From IMG/VR virus record IMGVR_UViG_3300031413_000001: a DNA stretch of 64,000 nucleotides; one strand, written 5' to 3'. Each line of letters opens with the position of its first letter. Within the stretch, counting starts at the first letter, position 1. Below, piece by piece: positions 45,465 to 55,180 of this stretch. The notes beneath the pieces are model-generated. The model did no database searches. It was not told the DNA's origin and saw only the letters and a list, made by a program, of their open reading frames with translations. The DNA is from a virus. Lineage: Duplodnaviria; Heunggongvirae; Uroviricota; Caudoviricetes. The position numbers and the translations under genes were made by a program.

Positions 45465-48443
45465 ATGTCCTATGTCGACGCAATGTATGACAAAGAAAAG
45501 GACGAGATTCTCATCGTAGAGCGCATTGGTGGTCAGCGGGTCTATAATACGATCCCAGCCAACTATGTGTTCTATTATGAAGATCCTCGCGGAGGTCGCT
45601 ACAAGGATATGTGGGGTCGCCCCGTATCCAAGAGCAGCTTTACCTCCAACAAAGCATTCCAGCGTGAGCTGAAGATGCAGGGAAGCCGCAAGATTTATGA
45701 AAGCGATGTCAACCCAATTTTCCGCTGCCTAGAGGAAAACTACAAGGGAATTGAGTCGCCGGTACTGAACATTGGCTTCTTCGATATTGAAACGGACTTT
45801 GATCCGGCTCGTGGCTTTGCGGATCCTTGGGATCCATTCAGTGCCATCACGGCAATTTCCGTTCATCGAACTTCCGACAACACCCTCTACACGATGGCGC
45901 TCAAGCCCAACCTGCCTGTCAATGACAAGGATCACCTGACTTGGGAGGCCGCGGATGCAATCTGTCGTTCACTTCCCAACACGATCCTTTGCAATGACGA
46001 AGTGCAGATGCTGAACATGTTCCTCGACTTGATTGAGGACTGTGATGTTCTCTCGGGCTGGAACAGCAAGGGATACGATATCCCCTATGTTATCAATCGC
46101 ATCGAGCGTTTGATGGGCAAAGACCACAGCAAGAGGATGTGTCTCTGGAACCAGCGTCCTCGTCGCCGAAAGTACATTGAGTTCAAGAAGGAAAAGGAAA
46201 CATACGAGCTAGTTGGCCGTATCCACCTGGACTACTTGGAACTCTATAAGAAGCACAATCCCAGCGAGCTTCACAGCTACCGACTGGATTATGTTGGTGA
46301 AATCGAGACTGGTGAAAACAAGGTTGCCTACAGTGGAACCTTGGACAACCTGTACAAGCGGGACTTTCACAAGTTCCTGGAGTACAATCGCCAGGACACC
46401 GCACTGCTGAACAAGATTGACCAGAAGAAGCGATTCATCGAACTGGCCAATCAGATTGCTCACACGAATACCGTTCTGCTTCCAACGACCATGGGCTCCG
46501 TGGCGCTGATTGAGCAGAGCATTATCAATGAAGCGCATGAGCGTGGAATGTGTGTCAGCAATCGTAAGCGTCCAGACTTTGAAGTCGATATGGACGAGGA
46601 CGATTGGGACGAGGACGAAGATGGTCCAAGGCCAGCAGGCTTTGGTGAAAAGCGACCAGTTGTGGGTGCCTATGTGGCAAAGCCAAAGATTGGCATCCAT
46701 GAGGAGATTGCTTGCTGCGACATCAACAGTCTGTATCCATCGGCACTTCGCGCACTCAACATGGGTCCCGAGACGCTGATTGGTCAGATTCGTCTGGACC
46801 GAACCAACGCGCTGATTGACAGTCGTTTGGCTCAGGGTATTCCTGGTCCGGAATGTTGGGAAGGCTTGTTCTGTACTCTTGAGTACACGATGGTCAATGA
46901 AAAGTCCAAGGAAGCAATGACTGTGGACTTTGAAGATGGTCACAGCATCCAGGTAACTGGTGAGCAGCTTTATGAGTACATCTTCCTTCAGGGCAATCCC
47001 TACTGCATCACGGCAAATGGTACGATCTTCCGTACTGACGTGGAAGCCATTATTCCAGGCTTGCTTGGTAAGTGGTACAGCCAGCGTAAGGAAATGCAGT
47101 TCAAAGAAACTGTCTACTCGGAAGCACTGGCACAGAGCAAGGGCTTTAAGGTACAGTGGGAAAAGTTCACCCCCGATCAGCACACTGGTCGCAATGGTGT
47201 GGACTTCAAGGAACTTCCCGAGTACATCCGCCTGGGTGACATGGACGCAATCAACATGCTGGTCAGCGACAACCTGATCCGCATCGATGGTGACAGGATC
47301 TTCATCGAGCCAGATGGCAAGTTGGAAGGCGAAAGTCTCCGAGTGTTTTGGAATCAGCGACAGCAGGCTCGTAAGATTTTGCTGAACTCCTTGTACGGCG
47401 CATTGCTGAACGAGGGCTGCCGATTCTATGACGCACGTATTGGTCAGAGCGTTACGCTGAGTGGTCGTTCGATCACCAAGCATATGAGCAGCAAGACCAA
47501 CGAGATCATCACTGGACAGTATGACGTTCGTGGTGACGCCATTCTCTACAATGATACTGACTCGGTGTATTTCACGGCTGTAAAGATGCTGGAGGCGGAT
47601 CCTGAGATGGCTCCCATGCTTCAGGATCGTGATGCGATGATTGAGCTGTATGATGGTATCGGTGATGCAGTAAATGACAGCTTTCCGCCCTTTATGGATG
47701 AGTGGTTTAACACTGGTCTGGAGCGCGGTGGCATCATCAGGGCTGGTCGAGAACTGATTGCAAGTCGTGGTCTGTTCATCACCAAGAAGCGTTATGCGCT
47801 CCTGATCTACGATCAGGACAACGTTCGAAAGGACGTCGATGGAAAGCCCGGAAAGATCAAAGCCGTTGGCTTGGATCTGAAGCGCGCTGACACGCCCAAG
47901 ATGATGCAGGAATTCCTTGAAAAGGTCATCACCACATTGCTTGATGGTGGAACCAAGGAAACGATCATTGACATGATCAAGACGTTCCGAACAGAGTTCC
48001 GAGGACTTTCGGGCTGGCTCAAGGGAACGCCCAAGAAGGTCAATGGCATCACGGGCTACATGTCTCGTCTCAATGAGGGTGAGGGCAAGGAACTGATCAA
48101 GGCTGGTGCCAGGGAAAAGGTACGAGTTCCCGGTCACGTTCAGGCAGCCATCAACTGGAACAAGCTCAGAAGGCTCTACGGAGACAACTACTCCATGGAG
48201 ATCACCGATGGTCAGAAGGTCATCGTCTGCAAGCTTCGTCCCAACAGCATGAAGATGGACAGCGTCGCGTATCCCTTTGACGAGCCGCATCTTCCGCAGT
48301 GGTACAAGGAACTTCCCTTCAACGATGAGGAAATGGAGAACGCCATTATTGACAAAAAGGTGTCAAACCTCATTGGTGTGTTGAAGTGGGATCTGAGTGC
48401 AACGCGCGAAGACACAACGTTCAATGACCTATTCAGCTTTTAA
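45465..48443 (+). CDS. family B DNA polymerase
   Basis: ExoI FDIET, ExoII WNSKGYD, DINSLYPS, KILLNSLYG, YNDTDS, KKRY. Confidence 0.96.
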   Translation: MSYVDAMYDKEKDEILIVERIGGQRVYNTIPANYVFYYEDPRGGRYKDMWGRPVSKSSFTSNKAFQRELKMQGSRKIYESDVNPIFRCLEENYKGIESPVLNIGFFDIETDFDPARGFADPWDPFSAITAISVHRTSDNTLYTMALKPNLPVNDKDHLTWEAADAICRSLPNTILCNDEVQMLNMFLDLIEDCDVLSGWNSKGYDIPYVINRIERLMGKDHSKRMCLWNQRPRRRKYIEFKKEKETYELVGRIHLDYLELYKKHNPSELHSYRLDYVGEIETGENKVAYSGTLDNLYKRDFHKFLEYNRQDTALLNKIDQKKRFIELANQIAHTNTVLLPTTMGSVALIEQSIINEAHERGMCVSNRKRPDFEVDMDEDDWDEDEDGPRPAGFGEKRPVVGAYVAKPKIGIHEEIACCDINSLYPSALRALNMGPETLIGQIRLDRTNALIDSRLAQGIPGPECWEGLFCTLEYTMVNEKSKEAMTVDFEDGHSIQVTGEQLYEYIFLQGNPYCITANGTIFRTDVEAIIPGLLGKWYSQRKEMQFKETVYSEALAQSKGFKVQWEKFTPDQHTGRNGVDFKELPEYIRLGDMDAINMLVSDNLIRIDGDRIFIEPDGKLEGESLRVFWNQRQQARKILLNSLYGALLNEGCRFYDARIGQSVTLSGRSITKHMSSKTNEIITGQYDVRGDAILYNDTDSVYFTAVKMLEADPEMAPMLQDRDAMIELYDGIGDAVNDSFPPFMDEWFNTGLERGGIIRAGRELIASRGLFITKKRYALLIYDQDNVRKDVDGKPGKIKAVGLDLKRADTPKMMQEFLEKVITTLLDGGTKETIIDMIKTFRTEFRGLSGWLKGTPKKVNGITGYMSRLNEGEGKELIKAGAREKVRVPGHVQAAINWNKLRRLYGDNYSMEITDGQKVIVCKLRPNSMKMDSVAYPFDEPHLPQWYKELPFNDEEMENAIIDKKVSNLIGVLKWDLSATREDTTFNDLFSF

Positions 48444-48452
48444 GGAAAAGAA

Positions 48453-48749
48453 GTGAACCGAGTTCTCCTAATCAACAAGACCAAGTCTCCCTCACGCGAG
48501 GAACTCACAACGTGTGAGCGTCGAACGGGAGAACTCATGTTCGCAGACTTTCCAGAGCTGCGGTATGCAGGATATGTGATCGTAAAGGGTCGCGGTATCA
48601 AGGCAGCCAACTGGATTGTTCCCAAGGAGAGTTTTGAAAGCTTCAAGACTTTCCTCCAGGGAATTGATCCGGAGTTCTACGAGATCCAGCTGTTCACCGA
48701 TGGCACGACGCCGTCTGGTGGGCAGACAGAAGTTCTCGTCGATCTGTAA
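48453..48749 (+). CDS. hypothetical protein
   Basis: AAGGA RBS, GTG start. Confidence 0.55.
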   Translation: MNRVLLINKTKSPSREELTTCERRTGELMFADFPELRYAGYVIVKGRGIKAANWIVPKESFESFKTFLQGIDPEFYEIQLFTDGTTPSGGQTEVLVDL

Positions 48750-48818
48750 CCAAATATTGAAACCCAACCTGGTTTGTTGTAGAACTGGTTGTAAGAAAAG
48801 CAAAAAGGATTACGCCCG

Positions 48819-49574
48819 ATGCGTGAAACACTCCAAGACATCGTAAAGCACACTGGCGATCTCGGTTTCATTGAAACTGTGAAGATCAACGGTGGTGACG
48901 AAAAGACCTTGATTGAGGCCATGGACAATGACCGGACGGTTATCGTCAAGGGTGCTCTACTCCAGGTTGACACAGATCTGAAGGGCGAGTTCGGCATGTC
49001 CAACTTGGGTCTTCTCAAGGGTCTGGTAACCAACGCGCTCTTTAAGAGCGACGAAGCAACCATCAGCGTCAAGCGTCGTGAGCGCAATGGCGTGCAGACT
49101 CCAGAAGAGATCGTCTTCTCGGGTCTGGGCGGCAAGACTGGCGGTACTTACCGTCTGATGGCCAAGGACTTGGTTCCCGAGCAGGCAAAGTTCCTGGGCA
49201 CTCAGTGGGACGTGGAAGTCGATCCCTCGCAGAGCAAGCTCAAGGAACTGCAGGCCCTCGCTGGTCTCTACAGCTCGTTTGAAAACTACTTCATGGTCAA
49301 GACCGTGGCAAACGACGAAGGCAAGAACGAACTCCGGTTCTACATTGGTGACGAAGGTTCGTCCATGCACCGTGCATTCCTGACCCTCCATGAGGATGTC
49401 GAGGGAACGCTGGGTGGCGATCTTCACTGGCCAATCGACCGCGTTCTCAGCATCTTGAAGCTGGGCGCGGACGAGAACTTGAAGCTTCAGTTCAGCAGCC
49501 GTGGTGCTCTTCAGATCACCATGACCAGCGCAACTGCCAAGTACGAGTTCATTCTTCCCGCAAAGAAGAAGTAA
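48819..49574 (+). CDS. probable sliding clamp (gp45/PCNA-like)
   Basis: About 250 aa, two-domain alpha/beta pattern, YEFILPA C-terminus, next to PolB. Confidence 0.65.
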   Translation: MRETLQDIVKHTGDLGFIETVKINGGDEKTLIEAMDNDRTVIVKGALLQVDTDLKGEFGMSNLGLLKGLVTNALFKSDEATISVKRRERNGVQTPEEIVFSGLGGKTGGTYRLMAKDLVPEQAKFLGTQWDVEVDPSQSKLKELQALAGLYSSFENYFMVKTVANDEGKNELRFYIGDEGSSMHRAFLTLHEDVEGTLGGDLHWPIDRVLSILKLGADENLKLQFSSRGALQITMTSATAKYEFILPAKKK

Positions 49575-49725
49575 GAGATTGGGAGGATTCGTCCTCCCAA
49601 TGTTCCCTAGGGAACAAGCCAAGCTGCCATTTATTCTCTTGAGGAGGTGATTCCTTTTTACGCAGGGTCGGCAGATCCAGAGCAGCTTGGCGGGGGAGGC
49701 GTCCCCCAAGATCGAGGAGAATGAC

Positions 49726-50418
49726 ATGAACCGTCTCACCAACAACCGCGCACTGACCGACAAGATATTGGCAAAAGAACTGCTGAAAACAGTGGTCGAA
49801 GATGCTTACACCAAAGATGAACTGGTGGACTTCTTTGTTCGCATTGTAGAGTCTGCGATGATCAAGGGAATCACCACAACTGAGGTGCTGGCAGAGCAGG
49901 CGACGGCTGTCATTCTACGAGGAAAAGTAGTCCAGAAAAACGGCTACGATGTGGAAATTCCTGATAACGGTCTTAAGATTGAGGTCAAAACCTTTGGTCA
50001 AAAGCCAGGAGTTGAGGGAAAGACTTCTCCCCGTAGGGCTTACGCACCACTGACAGCAAGTAAGCACGAATCAGATTATATCGTGGCATTGGTGACCAGG
50101 AACCTTCCAGCAGTTGATGGTGAATCTGACCTGATCATCTACACGATTCCAACTGATGAACTAATTGCTGAAGACGGAAGTCTACTGCGTTCTTTGAACT
50201 TCAAGTACGATGAGGATGGATATCCAGATCCCACGTGCCCGTTCAAGAACTATATTGTACCGTCATTGGGTGACATCTATGATGCGGTAATGAACAACCC
50301 AATTAAGCGTGTCATGACTGAATGCTTCTCAGGAAAACTCTGGGTACCACTTCCCAAGAGCACACCGGACTATTCGATGGCGGTGTACACAGATGCAGAT
50401 CCTTCTCTGTTCGTTTAA
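49726..50418 (+). CDS. putative PD-(D/E)xK nuclease
   Basis: LAEQ...GYDVEIPDNGLKIEVKT; lower GC than flanks. Confidence 0.55.
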   Translation: MNRLTNNRALTDKILAKELLKTVVEDAYTKDELVDFFVRIVESAMIKGITTTEVLAEQATAVILRGKVVQKNGYDVEIPDNGLKIEVKTFGQKPGVEGKTSPRRAYAPLTASKHESDYIVALVTRNLPAVDGESDLIIYTIPTDELIAEDGSLLRSLNFKYDEDGYPDPTCPFKNYIVPSLGDIYDAVMNNPIKRVMTECFSGKLWVPLPKSTPDYSMAVYTDADPSLFV

Positions 50419-50498
50419 CGGTTGACTCCAGGTGTCCGTGCTTGTAGGTCGTTTCTAGCCACTCGCTGCTAGATCGACTTAACGGCACGGATTTCCAT

Positions 50499-50807
50499 AT
50501 GTGGTGGCCTTTTAGCAATACTGAGCCTGTTCCTTGTTCTGAGGAAAAATCATCCGACGTACATCGCCTTCATGTGAACAGGTCGATGCCGGTTGAGAAT
50601 GGAGAGCCCTACTTGATCCAGATTGGCCTCACGCAGATTGGTGACACGGAGCGATTCCGTGTCTTCTATATGGTGAACAAGACCAAGATCTATCCCCGTC
50701 AGGTTCCAATGTCGTTGACAAAGGCCCTCAGGATCGTGAATGTCTGGGACATGGCATTTCAAGTGACCTACGATGTGGGTCTTGAGCAAAAGGTGTGTGA
50801 TCTATGA
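50499..50807 (+). CDS. hypothetical protein
   Basis: ORF after a TTGACT element. Confidence 0.55.
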   Translation: MWWPFSNTEPVPCSEEKSSDVHRLHVNRSMPVENGEPYLIQIGLTQIGDTERFRVFYMVNKTKIYPRQVPMSLTKALRIVNVWDMAFQVTYDVGLEQKVCDL

Positions 50808-51373
50808 TTGACCCCAGGGACGTCACAAAGTTTGATCGAACGCAAGCAGAGCTGGAAGAGTTCTGGCTCTTTTGCCTGACGGTTGCCGGCAAGACTGCGA
50901 TGACTCAAGCCAAGCTGCTTGATGCCTTCCTGACCGTCAATCGCACCACTCCCACCCAGACACCTTTTGAGACAATCCAAGAGCTGGTCGATGATGACGA
51001 TCTGCTTACGGCGCTCAAGCTGAGCAGGCTGGGCCAGTACACGCGCTTGGAACGTGCCATGAGGGAAAGTCTCTCCTTGAAGCTTTCCACGGACTCAGTG
51101 GATGCTTTTGAAGCCATACCCGGCGTTGGTTCCAAGACGGCCAGGTTCTTTCTTCTCCACACCCGTGCTGATCAAAAGATTGCTGTCCTTGACACCCACG
51201 TGCTGCGCCACATGCGAGACTTGGGTCTAACGGAGCAGGTTGGTACTCCTCCCAAGGGACCCAAATATGCCGCGCTGGAACAGATGTTCATTGACTTAGC
51301 GGAAAAGAACAATATGTCCATTGCTGACTATGACCTTCACATCTGGCGGACCGGCAGTGGAAATACCCTCTAG
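50804..51373 (+). CDS. HhH DNA glycosylase (Ogg-like)
   Basis: IPGVGSKTARFFL...AVLDTHVLRHM...YDLHIW. Confidence 0.75.
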   Translation: MIDPRDVTKFDRTQAELEEFWLFCLTVAGKTAMTQAKLLDAFLTVNRTTPTQTPFETIQELVDDDDLLTALKLSRLGQYTRLERAMRESLSLKLSTDSVDAFEAIPGVGSKTARFFLLHTRADQKIAVLDTHVLRHMRDLGLTEQVGTPPKGPKYAALEQMFIDLAEKNNMSIADYDLHIWRTGSGNTL

Positions 51374-51377
51374 GGAC

Positions 51378-51877
51378 GTGGCCATTGGGCTACCAAGGAC
51401 ACTATTTCGATGGGTAGACAGAGATCCACACGACAAGGCGTTGAGGTGGTCCCGCAAGGTCATGATACTGGTACCGGAGCTCAAAGAGTGGATGGACGCA
51501 CAGAATGTGGAGTACCGGACCTACATTCAGAAGAGGCCCAGCCCGGGCGCGGAGGACCCCAACAACGAAGCTGGGAAATGGTCCTACCGCTTGGCGATTC
51601 GTTTGAACGATCGAAAGGTCGCCCGGCTCCTAGTGCTAGTCTGGCAGATATACCCGACGCGCATATCTTTTCTGTCACGACCCTCGTTGAAAACAACTGG
51701 CTCGAAAGCCTCCACCAAGGCCCCTGTCCACCCCTCAAAGAAGAAGTCAAAGAGTGGCTGGAGGAAGTGGGGATCGAGCACACACTTGATATTCGACCCA
51801 TCTGGGCGTCCAGTGCCAGCACCATAACGATCCTCAGGGCTGATCATGCGATGCTTTTCAAGTTGAGGTGGTTATGA
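51378..51877 (+). CDS. two FKLxW-family domains in overlapping frames (51378-51827 and about 51641-51877)
   Basis: Frame 1: PELKEWMD...IRLNDRKVARLLVLVW; -1 frame: EEVKEWLEE...ITILRADHAMLFKLRWL. Confidence 0.65.
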
Positions 51878-52089
51878 GAACCTTTGAACTCCGCGAGGGT
51901 GACCACTACACGGTTCAGTACCATCAGGTATTCAATAAGCATGCCATCCGTTTCATCCGTCCCGAGCTCAGTGTCTGGCTCAACCAGTTTGGTGTCATCT
52001 ACACCCTGCACTACACTCTTGATTCCAAATACACCATTGGTATCGAGGACGATCGACAAGCTGCTCACTTCAAACTGACGTGGATGTAA
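51874..52089 (+). CDS. FKLxW-motif family protein
   Basis: PELSVWLNQ...IGIEDDRQAAHFKLTWM. Confidence 0.8.
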   Translation: MRTFELREGDHYTVQYHQVFNKHAIRFIRPELSVWLNQFGVIYTLHYTLDSKYTIGIEDDRQAAHFKLTWM

Positions 52090-52346
52090 TGCAAATCTCA
52101 GAAGAAATAGCAGAAATCTCCATGCGGACGTTTGTTCTAAACTCCAAGCAGGTGGTACGATACAACAAACATTCCACGAAGCCTTCTGATCCCTATTACA
52201 CTTCAGAATACCGACTTCGCCCCGATATGGAAATCTGGATTCGTAACCTGAAGATGCCATTTCAATGGAAGGCTGGATATGGCGTCCATCGAATCATCTT
52301 TGATAACCCCAAGGATGCCATGCTGTTCAAACTGACGTGGATGTAA
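52069..52346 (+). repeat. exact 21-nt direct repeat ending two adjacent genes
   Basis: ttcaaactgacgtggatgtaa at 52069-52089 and 52326-52346. Confidence 0.9.
52089..52346 (+). CDS. FKLxW-motif family protein
   Basis: PDMEIWIRN...IIFDNPKDAMLFKLTWM. Confidence 0.8.
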   Translation: MQISEEIAEISMRTFVLNSKQVVRYNKHSTKPSDPYYTSEYRLRPDMEIWIRNLKMPFQWKAGYGVHRIIFDNPKDAMLFKLTWM

Positions 52347-52382
52347 ATTGCACCAGAGTTGACTATCTGCTATAAGAAGTGG

Positions 52383-52757
52383 ATGAGCAACGAACAATTC
52401 AAAATGATCTGGGTCACATTCCAGAAAGAGGGTATTCACCTCTACCCCGCAGCCAAGGATGATCCCAAGCTGAGTGATGTCAGCTTTCTAGGATATCCCC
52501 ATCGTCACCTGTTCAAGTTCAAGGTGTGGATCGAAGTGTTCCACGATGACCGGGATTTGGAGTTTATTCAGTTCAAGCGTTGGCTTGAGGGAATGTACAA
52601 TGATGAGACACTTCAGCTCAATCACAAGAGCTGTGAGATGATCAGCGATGACCTGTATGGCACGATCATGACCAAGTATCCTGGACGCCACATTTCCATC
52701 GAGGTATCCGAGGATGGCGAGAACGGCAGCTTTGCAGAGTATCCGGTGAAAGCATGA
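52383..52757 (+). CDS. queD: QueD-like 6-carboxytetrahydropterin synthase (T-fold)
   Basis: EGIHLYP...HRHLF...SCEM...VSEDGENG; located in the folE/queE cluster. Confidence 0.7.
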   Translation: MSNEQFKMIWVTFQKEGIHLYPAAKDDPKLSDVSFLGYPHRHLFKFKVWIEVFHDDRDLEFIQFKRWLEGMYNDETLQLNHKSCEMISDDLYGTIMTKYPGRHISIEVSEDGENGSFAEYPVKA

Positions 52758-53839
52758 CCATTTACATCATGGCTCTTGAGCCACTTGACACGCGATACAC
52801 TGGACAATGGTTCAACGGCCTTCCCAGCCTTATCAGGTCGGAGGCCGAGAGCCGTGGTGTGCAGGTTGAAGTGGTCAACATTGCTGGTGAGCAAACCAGC
52901 AGCACGGTAACCGAGGGAGCCTTTCTAGACTTCTTCGCAACCAACATCTGGAAGAACACACAAGTCAACGAGCTGGTTCGTCGCTTTCAAGCAGGCGAGG
53001 TCAAAGCTGGTGACAAGGTGCTGTTCACGGATGCCTGGCACACTGGTATCACACAGGTTCGCTACATGAGTGAACTGATGAACATTCCAGTTGAGATTCA
53101 CAGCATGTGGCATGCTGGATCCTATGATCCCCAGGACTTTTTGGGTCGGCTGATCAAGGACAAGAAGTGGACGTTCAATACTGAGCGTGGTCTGTTCTTT
53201 GCAGCGGATTTCAACTACTTTGCGACTACGTATCATCGCGATCTGTTCATAGACACCCTGTTCATTCACGCAGATGCGTGGGAACGCTATGAGGCACGAA
53301 AGCGTTGCCTGATTAGCGGACAGCCCCACAACGCACTCGTTGAAGCACTGGAACCGTTCCGTGGCATGCAGAAGGAACGACTGGTTCTCTTTCCCCACAG
53401 GTTGGCTCCGGAAAAGCAGGTTGAGATCTTCCGAGATCTTTCGACGCGGATGCCGGGTACCAAGTTTGTGGTCTGTCAGGATGAAAAGCTAACCAAGGAT
53501 CAGTACCATGATCTCTTGGGTCGTGCCATGATGGTTTTCAGTGCCAACTTGCAGGAAACCCTGGGTATCAGTGCCATGGAGGGTGTTCTCGTGGATGCCA
53601 TGCCATGCTTGCCCAACCGGCTTTCCTATACTGAGATGTATGAGGAAAAGTACCTCTACCCTAGTGAGTGGACCAAGGACTGGAAGAGCTATGTGGCTCA
53701 CCGCGATGAACTGATCAGCCACATGAACGTGATGATGGATGACTACTGGGAAACCTGCGAGGTGTTGAAGCAGCAAAAGACCAGGCTCCTAGATCACTAC
53801 TTGAGTTGTAAGCCAATGCTGGATGGATTGTTGGGATGA
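52754..53839 (+). CDS. GT-B glycosyltransferase
   Basis: FPHRLAPEKQ...ETLGISAMEG (Ex7E motif). Confidence 0.8.
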   Translation: MTIYIMALEPLDTRYTGQWFNGLPSLIRSEAESRGVQVEVVNIAGEQTSSTVTEGAFLDFFATNIWKNTQVNELVRRFQAGEVKAGDKVLFTDAWHTGITQVRYMSELMNIPVEIHSMWHAGSYDPQDFLGRLIKDKKWTFNTERGLFFAADFNYFATTYHRDLFIDTLFIHADAWERYEARKRCLISGQPHNALVEALEPFRGMQKERLVLFPHRLAPEKQVEIFRDLSTRMPGTKFVVCQDEKLTKDQYHDLLGRAMMVFSANLQETLGISAMEGVLVDAMPCLPNRLSYTEMYEEKYLYPSEWTKDWKSYVAHRDELISHMNVMMDDYWETCEVLKQQKTRLLDHYLSCKPMLDGLLG

Positions 53840-54279
53840 CCGCCATTCTCGTAACCAAGGCTCGCAGGAGTCGTTACATTTCCAAGGAAGTCTTTGAGAA
53901 TCGTGCCGACGCTCGTGGAACAGCGCCCACGTGGGTTCCTGCGCCTGGTTACGAGGACCTAGTCAGGGCCTTTATCAACAACAAAGCCTACGCGGAGTTT
54001 GTCACCGCGTATTTTGATGACATGGATAGAGGTCGCGGAAGTGACTATGAGGACATCGATGAATGGATCATGGACCTCAAGGACTTCTGTGATCGCAACT
54101 GCACAGGGCTGTGGACCTACCATCAGAACTACCGGCGGAACAGCGACTTCAACAGCAAGACGCATCACTACTCCTACCATGACACTGGCACTGGTCGACT
54201 GAGTGTTCACTTTGAAAACGAAGCAGACGTCGAGATGTTTCTAACCAAGTGCCCAATTTTCCAAAATGATAAATCATAA
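53836..54279 (+). CDS. FKLxW-motif family protein (divergent)
   Basis: KDFCDRNCTGLW...VHFENEADVEMFL. Confidence 0.55.
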   Translation: MTAILVTKARRSRYISKEVFENRADARGTAPTWVPAPGYEDLVRAFINNKAYAEFVTAYFDDMDRGRGSDYEDIDEWIMDLKDFCDRNCTGLWTYHQNYRRNSDFNSKTHHYSYHDTGTGRLSVHFENEADVEMFLTKCPIFQNDKS

Positions 54280-54349
54280 ACACCCTACAAATTGACATCT
54301 CACCAGTTTCTAAGTAGAAGTGTAGAACAAATATAAGGAGAGACAGATA

Positions 54350-55180
54350 ATGTCCGATACCAAACTTACCGACGGTTGCGGCTCCAATGATTGCGAGGGC
54401 GCAAACTGCGGGCAAGAGGTTACGCCAACTGAGCCATCTTACATGGTCAAGCGCGATCTCATCCTACGTGATGGAAAGGGCGGTTTCATCAATGAAACTG
54501 CCAACGATCCAATTTCGGAAATCATTCGTGCGCGCCTTCTGGCAAACGGCGTTCAGTTCCACTGCAATGACAACATCTCCGAGTATGTGACCGACGAAGA
54601 GCGGGCACTATTGGTTGACGAAGTTGCGGAAAAGATGCAGGGAGTTCTCCGGAGTCTCGTCATCGACACTGACAATGATCACAACACCATGGGCACGGCT
54701 CGTCGCGTTGCAAAGATGTATGTCAATGAAACCTACAGCGGTCGCTATCGCGCGGCTCCTCCGATCACCAGCTTTCCCAACGTGGGATACAATGACCTGT
54801 ACACCGCAGGTCCGATCAGCATTCGCAGCACTTGCGCGCACCACTTTCAGAACATCGTGGGCCGTTGCTGGGTTGGCATCTTCCCTGAGGACCATGTGAT
54901 TGGTCTCTCGAAGTTCAATCGACTGGTTCACTGGATCTCGGAGCGTCCGCAGATTCAGGAAGAGATGACCACACAGATTGCCGACGCACTGGTTGAGTAC
55001 GCTCAGACCGAGAACGTGGCAGTCGTGCTCAAGGCAGAACACCACTGCATGACACATCGCGGCGTCAAGGAGCATGAGTCAGACATGACCACTGCGATCA
55101 TGCGTGGCAAGTTCCGCGAAGATGCACACCTCAAGGATGAGTTCTACAAGCTGATGCTCAGCATGAAGGGCCACATCTAA
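54350..55180 (+). CDS. folE: GTP cyclohydrolase I
   Basis: TARRVAKMY, STCAHH, GLSKFNR, RPQIQE, HHCMTHRGV. Confidence 0.95.
   Translation: MSDTKLTDGCGSNDCEGANCGQEVTPTEPSYMVKRDLILRDGKGGFINETANDPISEIIRARLLANGVQFHCNDNISEYVTDEERALLVDEVAEKMQGVLRSLVIDTDNDHNTMGTARRVAKMYVNETYSGRYRAAPPITSFPNVGYNDLYTAGPISIRSTCAHHFQNIVGRCWVGIFPEDHVIGLSKFNRLVHWISERPQIQEEMTTQIADALVEYAQTENVAVVLKAEHHCMTHRGVKEHESDMTTAIMRGKFREDAHLKDEFYKLMLSMKGHI

Noticed and set aside
47095-47350. Possible intein in PolB
   Set aside because: No N-terminal Cys/Ser block, no His-Asn C-terminus and no LAGLIDADG motifs.
46209-48290. 693-aa minus-strand ORF, and similar long antisense ORFs at 27195-28655 and 39981-41426
   Set aside because: They are antisense shadows of PolB, ClpA and LigA caused by codon bias, and carry no motifs of their own.
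51868-52091. NTG starts overlapping the motif Trp codon as evidence of programmed frameshifting in every array gene
   Set aside because: Any TGG creates an NTG in the -1 frame, and ordinary ATGA/TAATG coupling uses the same frame. Only the 6013 and 51641 cases remain unexplained.
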